A program made the translations under genes and the position numbers. The notes beneath the pieces are model-generated. The model was not told the DNA's origin. It ran no database searches and was given only the letters and a program-made list of their open reading frames with translations. Positions 1-9,588 of a stretch of DNA of 64,000 nt are shown in pieces. The DNA lies in the NCBI GenBank assembly GCA_903892035.1, contig CAITGV010000002.1:65714-129713 (forward strand), written 5' to 3'. Position 1 is the first letter of the stretch. Each line of letters starts with the position of its first letter. This stretch comes from an uncultured bacterium (GTDB lineage: Bacteria > Patescibacteriota > Minisyncoccia > Phycocordibacterales > UBA9973).

Positions 1-439
1 CAATACTTTTTACCAATTCAAAACTTTCATCATTTTTATTGTAAATATTTTGCGCATAATGACCTGTCGCAATAAAATCTGCTCCCATACTTTTAGCTCT
101 TTTCCAAAATGCTCCAAATTTTACTTCGCGATTGCACATGACATCTGGATTTGGAATTCTTCCAAGCTTGTATTCACTTATCATATAGTCTGCCACACCG
201 CGTTTATAGTCATTTTCAAGGTCGAAGGTGAGAAATGGTACGTCTAATGCTGCACAGACCCGTATTGCATCCCTGCGCTCCTCTTTCCACGTACATTCAA
301 TAAAGTCGGGTTGCCACGTCTTTATAAATACCCCCGTGACATCGTAACCTTCATTTTTTAGCAATGCCAAAGCCACAGAGCTATCTACCCCACCCGAAAC
401 TCCAACAAATACTTTAATTTTATTTTTATTTTTTATCAT
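1..439 (-). CDS. mnmA: tRNA-specific 2-thiouridylase MnmA, C-terminally truncated by window edge
   Basis: Reverse-strand translation from ATG at 439-437 gives MIKNKNKIKVFVGVSGGVDSSVALALLKNEGYDVTGVFIKTWQ...CNREVKFGAFW; SGGxDS PP-loop motif and MnmA-like N-terminus. Runs off window start. Not in ORF track because truncated. Confidence 0.8.
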   Translation of the reverse strand, partial: MIKNKNKIKVFVGVSGGVDSSVALALLKNEGYDVTGVFIKTWQPDFIECTWKEERRDAIRVCAALDVPFLTFDLENDYKRGVADYMISEYKLGRIPNPDVMCNREVKFGAFWKRAKSMGADFIATGHYAQNIYNKNDESFELVKSI

Positions 440-484
440 AACTATACTTACCCTACCATAAAAACGAAAAGCGGAAAATATGAA

Positions 485-1195
485 TTATTTCACACTTTCC
501 GCTCTTTTCTTTACCTCATTTATTGAGGCAAGATTTACTACATTTCCTCTGGCGTAGTCCAGTGCCATAAATTCAATACACTTACTTAATTCCTTTATTG
601 AATACGCATTAGGAAAGTAATATATTGAAGGCACCTCAGGAAACTTAATAGCATGCTCATGTAATTTTTTTGTGTCAGATTTAATTTGTATTGGCATTAC
701 AAATTTTACCATCTTTGTATCAATTTTAGTCTCAAATGGAAACCACATATCGACACCAAGAATATCATCATTGGAATTTGATTTAATTATATCTTCATGA
801 ATGAAAATATTTTTAAACTGACAATTTTTAATATCTAGTAAAAATGTTTGCTCACAAACTAAACCGTGACTTTTTAAAATTATTTGTTGTTCAATTTTCT
901 TTTTGATTAAATCCTGTTCTACACCAGGGCCTAATACAAAATGAACCTCTCTAGCGTGTTCTCTTAAAACTGAACACTCACCTTTGAAATTCTTTGAGTG
1001 AAAAAAATAGAATTTCAATATTAAATTATTAAATAATTCAATATTGATTTGATACACACCAGTATCATTTTTTACTCTTTTAAATGACTTAATTAGAATT
1101 TGACTAACGTCACTGTTCCATCTAAGTCCTTTAAAAACCTTGTGAACCACGCCTTCGCAATGGTAATTAGGATTTTGTCTTTTCTTATTTGCCAT
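485..1195 (-). CDS. hypothetical protein (adjacent to RAYT copy 1)
   Basis: 236-aa ORF without recognisable motifs; sits between mnmA and the REP-flanked RAYT. Confidence 0.45.
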   Translation of the reverse strand: MANKKRQNPNYHCEGVVHKVFKGLRWNSDVSQILIKSFKRVKNDTGVYQINIELFNNLILKFYFFHSKNFKGECSVLREHAREVHFVLGPGVEQDLIKKKIEQQIILKSHGLVCEQTFLLDIKNCQFKNIFIHEDIIKSNSNDDILGVDMWFPFETKIDTKMVKFVMPIQIKSDTKKLHEHAIKFPEVPSIYYFPNAYSIKELSKCIEFMALDYARGNVVNLASINEVKKRAESVK

Positions 1196-1267
1196 TGCTT
1201 ATATTTTTGTTTATTAAATTATTATCGAGTCAAAAGTACCACACAAATTCAAAATATGCAAATATCA

Positions 1268-1294
1268 AAACCCAGTGGCTAAACCACTGGGTTT
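1268..1294. repeat. REP-like palindrome family P1 (aaacccagtgg-N5-ccactgggttt), copy a
   Basis: Perfect 11-bp inverted arms with 5-nt spacer; overlaps the stop codon and 3' end of the RAYT-like gene 1279..1950. Confidence 0.8.
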
Positions 1295-1950
1295 ATGGGT
1301 AAATCATCAGGATCCTCAAGAGAAATTTTTCTTCTTTCTTTGCGAATAATCGAAATAATTTCTGTGCAGTGCTTATTAAACTTCATCTTACTATCAAACA
1401 TACTTAATATCCTACGTCCCTCAGTTTGTGCTACAAAATCAAATACTTCATTATCATATTCTTTGTTACTTGAAAAAATTAGGTGTTTTTTATTTTCTGG
1501 AATATCATGTACAAGATAATTTTGATTTACATATGGAAAAATCTTATCAAAATAACTTTGATCATCAATTAGTTTGGATTTAAATGTTCCCTGAAAAAGA
1601 GATCCTGAACGTTTATGCCTATCATTAAAGTAATATGTATATCCACCTAATTTATGCATGAATTTTGCTATTCCACCGTCAATAAGTTGTTTTAAAATAA
1701 AATGATAATGATTTGGATTAAGCGTAAATGCCACAATTGCAACAATAGGTTCATTCTTTTCCAATTCCAGTGGCTTAGCCTCTGTTCTTGGTTTATCCCG
1801 CAGACTGCCAATATTTTCAAAAGTATTAAATTCTATAATACTCTCTTTAAATCGCTCAAGATCTTGGGTATCTAAAAATATGTCCCTTTTGTCTACGCCT
1901 CTATTGTAAATATGAAAATATTCTCCTGTTACTATTTTTTCTCTCCTCAT
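1279..1950 (-). CDS. IS200-like Y1 (HUH) transposase / REP-associated tyrosine transposase (RAYT)-like, copy 1
   Basis: YHIYNRGVDKR motif, HUH motif NHYHFIL, C-terminal GSLFQGTFKSK motif; paralog of 47135..47791; flanked on both sides by the P1 palindrome. Confidence 0.75.
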   Translation of the reverse strand: MRREKIVTGEYFHIYNRGVDKRDIFLDTQDLERFKESIIEFNTFENIGSLRDKPRTEAKPLELEKNEPIVAIVAFTLNPNHYHFILKQLIDGGIAKFMHKLGGYTYYFNDRHKRSGSLFQGTFKSKLIDDQSYFDKIFPYVNQNYLVHDIPENKKHLIFSSNKEYDNEVFDFVAQTEGRRILSMFDSKMKFNKHCTEIISIIRKERRKISLEDPDDLPINPVV

Positions 1951-1971
1951 ATTACTTTGTATTCTACCACA

Positions 1972-1998
1972 AAACCCAGTGGCTAAGCCACTGGGTTT
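1972..1998. repeat. REP-like palindrome family P1, copy b
   Basis: aaacccagtgg-ctaag-ccactgggttt, 22 bp upstream of the RAYT copy 1 start and immediately downstream of the dnaQ-like gene. Confidence 0.8.
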
Positions 1999-2523
1999 TT
2001 ACATCAGCATCAATTTTTTGTAAAGCTCGTAGGTGGCGCGGGCGTCTGAAAGGGCGGAGTGAGCATTTTTGTTTTCAATTTGAAATTGTTCACAAAGAGA
2101 ACGAAGAGAATATTTCTGCATATCACCCATACCGTGAAGTTTCGCATATGCAATAGATATCGTATCAAGCTTATGATAATGCATATTGTTTTTTAATCCT
2201 GTATTTAAAAAAGCATAGTCAAGAAATTGTGAATCAAATGCCACATTGTGCGCAACCATTATTGCATCATTTGAAATTTCTAACAATTTCTCCAGAGCTT
2301 CAGGTAGAGATACGGCATCTTGCCAATCTTCTTTATTATAATGATTTATTTTAAGCGATATTGGATTTGAATTTTGAATACTTATTGGATTAACCTTACA
2401 CTCAAATTCCTTAATAATTTCCCCGTCACTTACAAGCACCGCACCAATTTCAATAATTTCATTTTGTGTGAAATCCAACCCAGTCGTTTCTATATCGATA
2501 AAAATTAGTTTATGATTATTCAT
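1999..2523 (-). CDS. DnaQ-like 3'-5' exonuclease (DEDDh, DNA pol III epsilon-like)
   Basis: Exo I FIDIETTG, Exo II HNVAFD, Exo III HSALSDA motifs. Confidence 0.85.
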   Translation of the reverse strand: MNNHKLIFIDIETTGLDFTQNEIIEIGAVLVSDGEIIKEFECKVNPISIQNSNPISLKINHYNKEDWQDAVSLPEALEKLLEISNDAIMVAHNVAFDSQFLDYAFLNTGLKNNMHYHKLDTISIAYAKLHGMGDMQKYSLRSLCEQFQIENKNAHSALSDARATYELYKKLMLM

Positions 2524-3407
2524 TTTAAATATTTTTTAATATTTTGTATATGTTCTGCATAGGTAGTTGCATAGTGAATATTTCCATTTTTATCATGTAA
2601 ATAAAATAAATATATACTTGATTTTGGGTGAAGTGCACTCTCAATCGACGGAAGTCCTGGGTTGCATGTTGGGTCTGCTGGTAAGCCCAAAGTCTTATAT
2701 GTCTCTGGTGCAACGTCAACTTCAAGTGGCATTTTCATATCAATCCTTTTCCATAAAATTCCAGCAATTATTGGTCTCTCCGCATCTGTTTTTGCTTCAC
2801 CTTCAATGATTGAAGCCATAGTAACAATTTGATCTAAACTATAAGGAGACTTTTTTACGTCATTTTTAAAAGCTTGAGTTCTAAAAATAAAATCATCTTT
2901 CATCGTTGAGTATATTTCATCTGTTGTGACATACGGCGAAAAAAAGTATGTGTCTGGAAATAAATATCCTTGACTAGAATATCCAATATTTTGAAAATTT
3001 AATGAATCAATTTGTGGAATTTTCTCATGCAAAATGTCAGCGATTTTTTTATTTGTATAACCCTCAGGAATTGTAATTTTTATCGGAATATAATTGTGAT
3101 CCCCTCGAGCTATCATATACGAAATACGAATTACACTCATCGGCTTATCGAATACATAATCTCCAAAACTAATTTTTCTTGCACCACCCAATAATACAAC
3201 TAGTGTTTGAAATACAAACCTAGATCTTACTATAGATTGATCTTTGAGTTTTATCGATAGTGACGACAGTGAATCCCCTTTTGAAACTTTTATTACAGAA
3301 TTATTTGGAAAATTTGAAGGTGCTGGAATAAAAATTAAATATAGAAATAAAAAAAATGCTACAACAAAAATAGCAAAAAAATAATAAAATTTTCTTGGAA
3401 AATACAT
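2520..3407 (-). CDS. mltG: endolytic murein transglycosylase MltG/YceG family
   Basis: N-terminal TM, YceG-like body, C-terminal YLFYLHDKNGNIHYATTYAEH motif typical of MltG. Confidence 0.75.
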   Translation of the reverse strand: MYFPRKFYYFFAIFVVAFFLFLYLIFIPAPSNFPNNSVIKVSKGDSLSSLSIKLKDQSIVRSRFVFQTLVVLLGGARKISFGDYVFDKPMSVIRISYMIARGDHNYIPIKITIPEGYTNKKIADILHEKIPQIDSLNFQNIGYSSQGYLFPDTYFFSPYVTTDEIYSTMKDDFIFRTQAFKNDVKKSPYSLDQIVTMASIIEGEAKTDAERPIIAGILWKRIDMKMPLEVDVAPETYKTLGLPADPTCNPGLPSIESALHPKSSIYLFYLHDKNGNIHYATTYAEHIQNIKKYLK

Positions 3408-3408
3408 A

Positions 3409-4689
3409 TTATGTAGGAAGATTGAATGGAGGTTTTGAAGTTTTTGATTCTATACGCTTGAAGCTTGGAGTTTCTGAAACCATACCAGGGAAATGAAAAA
3501 TAGTAGCAAGCTCTTCAGTATTAAGCACAAAAGGCTTTGGATTGTGAGAATCAAAGATAACCTTAAACGGCCAGGGATACTTAAAAGATTGCCAAACGGG
3601 TGGATGAAACATCAATCGTGTCCTATAACGGAAAAGCATTCTATTTTTCATACGTTGTAAACGCCAACCCTTTGGATCTACCCAAGGCGTATCAAACTGT
3701 GTCGAGTGAATACGATTGAATTCATTTGCATAAGGAGAAGCATATTGGCGCCAAATAAGACGAAGTGCACGTCTTTGATTTTGATCAAAAATTGGAGTAG
3801 GTGCAAGATAAATACAACGTATACCAACATCAAAAGCGATCTTACTCATTTTCCCTCTAATACCCTCCACTAAATCATCAAAATGTTTTGGAGCACGAAT
3901 TTCACTAGCTTTTGTGCCGTCAGCATTTACACTTTTTTTAGTATAAGGCAAAAGTAGTTTATTCAAAAAAATCATTGCCTCTTCATTAAATTTATGGTGT
4001 TTAAAAGCCGTACCGTGAGTATGGTAATCCTTTTTTGAAGGACGAACTATTATTTGAATCCAAACTTGTTCATCTTTTTTTATTGAACCGAGGAATTCAA
4101 TTGCGGGTGTTATAGGGTCAACTTTTTCATTTTCCTCGTCTCCTGCTTTATCAAGTCCGTAGTCCACATATGTGCGAATTGGTAATGGATCTTCCTTTAA
4201 TAAATTAAACTCACAACCCCATAAATTCCATTTATCATCTGGAGCAGTTGCAGTAATATAATTTGTATAATCTTTTGCTTCAGAAATTTCTGCTTGAGGA
4301 TATTGAGCATAAACCTGCGTCTCAATCAAATCTTTAATTCTAGAGGGTGTTCGAATAAAAAAATGAACATTTCCACCGAGTGAGACTAATTCCAAAGAAA
4401 ACCAGAAGTGCACTGCACCTTGCCAATGCGTTTCCCAAAAACCTTTTCCGGATAAGTGGTAAAAGGCATTTGTAAATATAAGCTCCATCGCAAGCGGAGT
4501 TTTCGTAACCTCTCTAGGAACTTTTATTTCAAGAAGGACCCATTCTACACCTTCGATAAATTGTTCATTTACATAATGGTGCCAAAAAAATACAGCAAAA
4601 TATCCCAAAATAATTGGAATAAAATAAGGCAAAATTGTAACAATAAAATTTACAATCCAATTCAATGCATCAGCACCTACTGTGTCCAT
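3409..4689 (-). CDS. hypothetical membrane-anchored protein
   Basis: 426-aa ORF, two N-terminal TM helices, no recognised catalytic motif. Confidence 0.5.
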   Translation of the reverse strand: MDTVGADALNWIVNFIVTILPYFIPIILGYFAVFFWHHYVNEQFIEGVEWVLLEIKVPREVTKTPLAMELIFTNAFYHLSGKGFWETHWQGAVHFWFSLELVSLGGNVHFFIRTPSRIKDLIETQVYAQYPQAEISEAKDYTNYITATAPDDKWNLWGCEFNLLKEDPLPIRTYVDYGLDKAGDEENEKVDPITPAIEFLGSIKKDEQVWIQIIVRPSKKDYHTHGTAFKHHKFNEEAMIFLNKLLLPYTKKSVNADGTKASEIRAPKHFDDLVEGIRGKMSKIAFDVGIRCIYLAPTPIFDQNQRRALRLIWRQYASPYANEFNRIHSTQFDTPWVDPKGWRLQRMKNRMLFRYRTRLMFHPPVWQSFKYPWPFKVIFDSHNPKPFVLNTEELATIFHFPGMVSETPSFKRIESKTSKPPFNLPT

Positions 4690-4729
4690 GCATTTATTAT
4701 ACTAAAAAAATATTCAATATGAAAGTTAT

Positions 4730-4858
4730 TGAGAGACTGTGTATGTGGAATTTGTATTTTGAATTACAGTACGAGAAAAATACCCAATTAAAGCGGCTGC
4801 AATTATTAGACCAACTACTATCAATATCAGATTTCCAATAAATCCTTTATTCATTTTA
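4730..4858 (-). CDS. possible small single-TM membrane peptide (42 aa)
   Basis: Reverse translation MNKGFIGNLILIVVGLIIAAALIGYFSRTVIQNTNSTYTVSQ; below ORF-track size cutoff; fills the gap between 3409..4689 and 4860..5888. Confidence 0.3.
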
Positions 4859-4859
4859 T

Positions 4860-5888
4860 TTAGACTGCAGAATAGAGACCTTGTTTGTTCTTTTTAAAGT
4901 ATTTTGGACTTTGTAGGTTTACTAAAATAGTATTTTTCTTGAAGTATCTTTCTTTCATTACTCGGTCCACAACATCTTCTTTTGAAAGTGGTCCTTCTTT
5001 TTTAAGAATTTTCTTTATGACATCACGCACAACACCTGATTCATAACCCCATTCTGACAAAGCGTAAATTCCGCGTCCAACAAGCACAAATCGTTTATCT
5101 TTAATAAGCTCATTGTGGCATGTAGCAGTGTGGCATTTTTTATTGAATGTATTTGTTACAGCTTTTGCAACTTCACGGAAGTGCATTGGTGAACCGTGTT
5201 TTCGCATCATTAAGAAGGCGTAGTCTTTTACTCCACGTGTTTTTATATTTGAAGATTCTGCATTTCCCCACTCACCCAAAGGATTTTTATCAAGCTTTTT
5301 TGAAAGTGAAAGCCAACGTCGTGCAACTTCCTCGTTTTTGTATTCTTCAGAAAGACCTTTTACGTCATCGAGGAATTTCGCAATCATTTCAGATTCAGAA
5401 ACTAAATCTTCATCCTTCAAGCTTGCATAAAGATTTTTTAGTGAAATGTGCACAGAATCAGAAATAGCATCATCTACACTCCAGCGAGTTTTAAAATGAT
5501 CATCTTCTTTGAATTTTTTGAAATCATCACCAAGAACTAAATAAAGGTGGATATGATTTTGAGTCGATTTGTCTTTTGAAATTGACGAAAGTAGATCATC
5601 TTCAGCAACTATTGCACCAAGAGTTTTTATAACTTTTTTCAATTCATCAAAAGTTTTTTGTTCACTTTTGTATGCATCAGATTTTTTGATGGCAGTAAGT
5701 GCTGCATTTTCAATTTGGCGAACACGTTCACGAGTAATACCGTAATTTTGACCTATTGCTTCCAAAGTCTTTCTTTCGGCATCTGCACCCAAACCAAAAC
5801 GTCCAGTGACCACTTCAAAAGCGCGGTCCTGTAAAGGAGATAAAATTTTCTTTGTAACTTGTTTTGGTTTGAATGAAATTGTGGCCAT
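4860..5888 (-). CDS. sigma-70 region-4 HTH plus C-terminal HARE-HTH domain protein
   Basis: N-terminal TLEAIGQNYGITRERVRQIENAAL resembles sigma-70 region 4; C-terminal MHFREVAKAV...RFVLVGRGIYALSEWGY matches the HARE-HTH fold of RNAP delta subunit. Confidence 0.55.
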   Translation of the reverse strand: MATISFKPKQVTKKILSPLQDRAFEVVTGRFGLGADAERKTLEAIGQNYGITRERVRQIENAALTAIKKSDAYKSEQKTFDELKKVIKTLGAIVAEDDLLSSISKDKSTQNHIHLYLVLGDDFKKFKEDDHFKTRWSVDDAISDSVHISLKNLYASLKDEDLVSESEMIAKFLDDVKGLSEEYKNEEVARRWLSLSKKLDKNPLGEWGNAESSNIKTRGVKDYAFLMMRKHGSPMHFREVAKAVTNTFNKKCHTATCHNELIKDKRFVLVGRGIYALSEWGYESGVVRDVIKKILKKEGPLSKEDVVDRVMKERYFKKNTILVNLQSPKYFKKNKQGLYSAV

Positions 5889-6009
5889 AAATTTAATTAA
5901 AAATGATTAATTGATAAAAATATTTTTTATTACTATTTTATATTAGCATATCATATAAAATAGTCAAATTTTATAATGGGATACTAAAAAACTGTTGTAA
6001 AATAAGGGT

Positions 6010-7809
6010 TTATGACTTGCGTCCAGCACGCACACGGTCGAGTTCAGTCAAATACTTGTCACGTAAACGAACACTTTTAGGTGTAATTTCGAGGTATTCG
6101 TGGTCACTCATTACTTCCAAACCTCGTTCAATTGTAAGAGTAAATGGTGGCTTTAGATTAATAGCTTCATCTGTACCAGATGCACGCATATTTGTTAATT
6201 GTTTTCCTTTAATTGGGTTCACAGAAAGGTCGTCACCCTTTGTGACGTTTCCAATAACCATTCCTTCATATACTTCTGTACCGTGACCAATATAAAGGAC
6301 TCCACGTTCTTGTAAATTTCCAAGTGCAAAAGCAACAGCTTTTCCTGAAATCATTGATGTCATAGAACCAACATCTCTTTTTTTAATTTCTCCAGCATAA
6401 GGACGAAAACCAATAACGCGTGATGAAAGAATTCCTTCACCTTTTGTATCGATAACAAATTGTCCACGATAACCCAAAAGTCCACGAGTTGGAATTTCAA
6501 AAATCATTCTGACAATTCCATCTTTCTCACGCATATTTTGCATCATACCGCGACGCTTTGTAATTTTTTCTACAACTGCACCTGAAGTTTCTGTCGGTGT
6601 TTCGATTGTAACTTCTTCATAAGGTTCACTTTTTTCTCCGTCAACCATTTTAATAATTACTTGAGGTTGAGAAACCTGAAGTTCATATCCTTCACGACGC
6701 ATATTTTCAAGCAAAATTGCAATATGGAGTTCTCCACGTCCGTAAACGACATAACCTTCATGTGTCTCACCTTCTGGCGGTACGAAATCAACCTTAAGAC
6801 CAACGTTTATTTCAAGTTCGCGTTCTAGACGTTCACGAATTTGCCTAGCGTTAACAAACTTACCTTCTTTACCTGCAAAAGGAGAATCGTTAACTAAGAA
6901 GTTAAGGGAAATTGTCGGCTCATCGATTGCGATAGATGGAAGTGGTGGCATATCTGCATCGAGAGAAATTGACTCACCAATGAAGACGTCTGGAATTCCA
7001 GCAATAACGGCGATATCACCTACTGTAATTTCCTGTACATCTTTTCTTGTAATTCCTTCGAAAACAAAAAGTTTTGTAATTTTAGTTGAACGAGCAACAC
7101 CATTGTGATCTTTCACAAATATCTGACTCCCCATTTTTACACTTCCTCCGTATACACGAGCGATAGCTAGACGGCCAAGGAAATTGTCATAACCAAGATT
7201 AAATACTTGCGCCTGAAAAGCACCTTCTGCATTTTTTGAAGCTTCTGGAACTTCTTCGAGAACTAAATCAAGAAGTGGAGTTAAATCTTTTGATTCATCT
7301 GCTAGATTTTTCTTTGCAATTCCCTGACGTCCTATTGCATAAATAGTTTTGAAGTCAATTTGTTTATCTGTCGCTCCAAGCTCGATAAACAATTCTAAAA
7401 TTTCATCGTGCACGCGAGCTGGATCTGCGGCTGGTTTGTCAATTTTATTAATAACTACGATTGGCTGAAGTCCGAGCTCTAGAGATTTTTTCAAAACGAA
7501 ACGTGTCTGTGGCATTGGTCCTTCTTGAGCATCGACAAGTAAAAGCACAGAATCGATAGCGCGAAGCACACGCTCAACTTCAGAACCGAAGTCCGCGTGT
7601 CCCGGAGTATCCACGATATTTATCTTTGTTCCTTTGTAATTTACAGAAGTATTTTTTGAGTAAATAGTAATACCACGCTCTTGTTCAAGCGCATTTGAGT
7701 CCATTGTGACGCCCTCTTCCACCATTCCGCACTGCTTCATAAGCATATCGGTCAAAGTTGTCTTTCCGTGGTCCACGTGGGCTATAATTGCAATGTTTCG
7801 AATTTCCAT
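6010..7809 (-). CDS. typA: translational GTPase TypA/BipA
   Basis: AHVDHGKTT, DTPGHADF, NKID GTPase motifs; full-length BipA architecture. Confidence 0.9.
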   Translation of the reverse strand: MEIRNIAIIAHVDHGKTTLTDMLMKQCGMVEEGVTMDSNALEQERGITIYSKNTSVNYKGTKINIVDTPGHADFGSEVERVLRAIDSVLLLVDAQEGPMPQTRFVLKKSLELGLQPIVVINKIDKPAADPARVHDEILELFIELGATDKQIDFKTIYAIGRQGIAKKNLADESKDLTPLLDLVLEEVPEASKNAEGAFQAQVFNLGYDNFLGRLAIARVYGGSVKMGSQIFVKDHNGVARSTKITKLFVFEGITRKDVQEITVGDIAVIAGIPDVFIGESISLDADMPPLPSIAIDEPTISLNFLVNDSPFAGKEGKFVNARQIRERLERELEINVGLKVDFVPPEGETHEGYVVYGRGELHIAILLENMRREGYELQVSQPQVIIKMVDGEKSEPYEEVTIETPTETSGAVVEKITKRRGMMQNMREKDGIVRMIFEIPTRGLLGYRGQFVIDTKGEGILSSRVIGFRPYAGEIKKRDVGSMTSMISGKAVAFALGNLQERGVLYIGHGTEVYEGMVIGNVTKGDDLSVNPIKGKQLTNMRASGTDEAINLKPPFTLTIERGLEVMSDHEYLEITPKSVRLRDKYLTELDRVRAGRKS

Positions 7810-7907
7810 AAATAAAATTGTGAATATTAATAAATAAGTAAAAGTAAAACGCCCGAAGGCGAATGTACTTATACTATACCATAAAATCTTTTTTTTACCA
7901 AATCTTA

Positions 7908-9005
7908 CTATATGAGCTTTATTATATCGTGATAGGTCACGATGAGCATAAAGATGATGAGGATAGCAAAACCTATGGTGTTGATAGCGTTTGCTATTTT
8001 TGGATTTATACGCGAGCCTTTTATTTTTTCAATAATGAGGAAAAGTAATCGTCCCCCATCGAGCGCAGGAAATGGAAGTAAATTTATGATTGCTAGATTG
8101 ATTGAAATAAGTGCAGTAAATGAAAGCAAATAAATAAAACCAAAGTGATACGCGTCGCCGACTATTCCCACAATTCCGACAGGTCCTGCAATACCAGAAA
8201 GATCAGCGTGCCCGACTACAGCGTCGTGCACAAGTTTCCAAAGTGAGCCAGCTGTGTGCTTAGTCAAATCCCAAGTCAATTTCAAACCTTCCCAAACTGC
8301 AATATGAACTGGAAGTTTGAGTGTGCCTATCATATCCATCCCAATACCGATACCCGGCGTACCTGAAAGCAAATTTGCTTTTGGAGTAACTGTCGCAGAT
8401 TCTGAAACTCCAGCACGAGTATATAGAATATTTATTTCTTTTTCAGAATGCGAAGTTATGAATGATTTTAGAGTATCAGTATTTGGATTATTCAATAAAT
8501 CTTTTCCTTCCGCGAGTGAGATAATTTTATCTCCTGCTTTAAGTTTTGCAATATCTGCTGGTGATTTTGGAAGAACACTAGTAATGACAAGAGCAGTATT
8601 GTTTAAAGTGTAACCTGCGGGCTCCGCTCCAGTAGAAGTCGGAAGTCCAGACATAAAACCAATTGAAATCAAAAGCCAAGCAAGAATAAAATTAAAAAAT
8701 ACACCTGCTACGAGAACCATAGCTTTTATTCGAGCCGGCTTGTGCACAAAACTTCTATCACGCTCGGGACCATTTGTGTTTTCATCATCAGCATCTTCAC
8801 CAAAAATTTTCACAAAACCTCCAAATGGAAGCCAGTTTAGTGTGAACTCTGTCTCACCTTTTGTAAAAAGTTTACAAATGCGTGGTGGATATCCAAAACC
8901 AAATTCTGTAACTTTTATTCCAGATTTTTTTGCAGCAATATAATGCCCAAATTCGTGAGATACAACAAGCACTGCAAGTATTATTATAAAAATTATTATT
9001 GACAT
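7908..9005 (-). CDS. rseP: RseP-like site-2 protease (M50 zinc metalloprotease with PDZ)
   Basis: HEFGHYIAAK HExxH motif in TM1, PDZ region, C-terminal LDGG motif. Confidence 0.85.
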   Translation of the reverse strand: MSIIIFIIILAVLVVSHEFGHYIAAKKSGIKVTEFGFGYPPRICKLFTKGETEFTLNWLPFGGFVKIFGEDADDENTNGPERDRSFVHKPARIKAMVLVAGVFFNFILAWLLISIGFMSGLPTSTGAEPAGYTLNNTALVITSVLPKSPADIAKLKAGDKIISLAEGKDLLNNPNTDTLKSFITSHSEKEINILYTRAGVSESATVTPKANLLSGTPGIGIGMDMIGTLKLPVHIAVWEGLKLTWDLTKHTAGSLWKLVHDAVVGHADLSGIAGPVGIVGIVGDAYHFGFIYLLSFTALISINLAIINLLPFPALDGGRLLFLIIEKIKGSRINPKIANAINTIGFAILIIFMLIVTYHDIIKLI

Positions 9006-9032
9006 ATGTTTTGCGAAAGTAAGAAATGCTTT

Positions 9033-9572
9033 TTAATTCATTATTTCCTTTTCCTTCTTTTCAAAAATTGCTTCCAATTTTGCATTGGCTTCTGCGACAT
9101 GTTTTTGAAGTTCTTCCTTTGCTCGATAATCTTCATCTTCTGGTAAATCTGCAATTTTCAAATCATCAATACTTTCTTCACGAGCCTTACGGATTGAAAT
9201 TCTTGCATCTTCTAGTTTTTCTTTTAAAACTTTCACGAGCTTTGTCCTGTTTTCTGTCGTAAGCATTGGAAATATTACACGCAGACCCATATCATCGGAA
9301 GCAACAGAAAGTCCGAGGTTCGCCATATTGATAGCGCTCTCAATATCTTTAATCTGACCTTTGTCCCAAGGCACCACACGCAAACTTTTTGGATCTTCGA
9401 TAGTAATTGAAGCCAAATTTTTTATCGGTTGAAATGCTCCGTAGCTTTCCACTGAAATACCATCAAGTATAGAAGGCGCCGCACGTCCTGTATGAATACC
9501 AGAAAATTCTTTCGACAACCACTCGCAAACCTTATCAAATTCAGTTTTTGTTTTTGAAAAATTATATGACAT
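9033..9572 (-). CDS. frr: ribosome recycling factor
   Basis: Length 179 aa and RRF-family sequence throughout. Confidence 0.85.
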   Translation of the reverse strand: MSYNFSKTKTEFDKVCEWLSKEFSGIHTGRAAPSILDGISVESYGAFQPIKNLASITIEDPKSLRVVPWDKGQIKDIESAINMANLGLSVASDDMGLRVIFPMLTTENRTKLVKVLKEKLEDARISIRKAREESIDDLKIADLPEDEDYRAKEELQKHVAEANAKLEAIFEKKEKEIMN

Positions 9573-9588
9573 GTGAGTATTATATCAG

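Noticed and set aside
50-247. 65-aa plus-strand ORF at window start
   Set aside because: Lies antisense to a clearly coding mnmA segment; no motifs.
7849-7860. Short hairpin cgcc-cgaa-ggcg, also at 44533-44543
   Set aside because: Only an 11-nt GNRA-type hairpin shared; too short to call a repeat family, possibly weak terminators.
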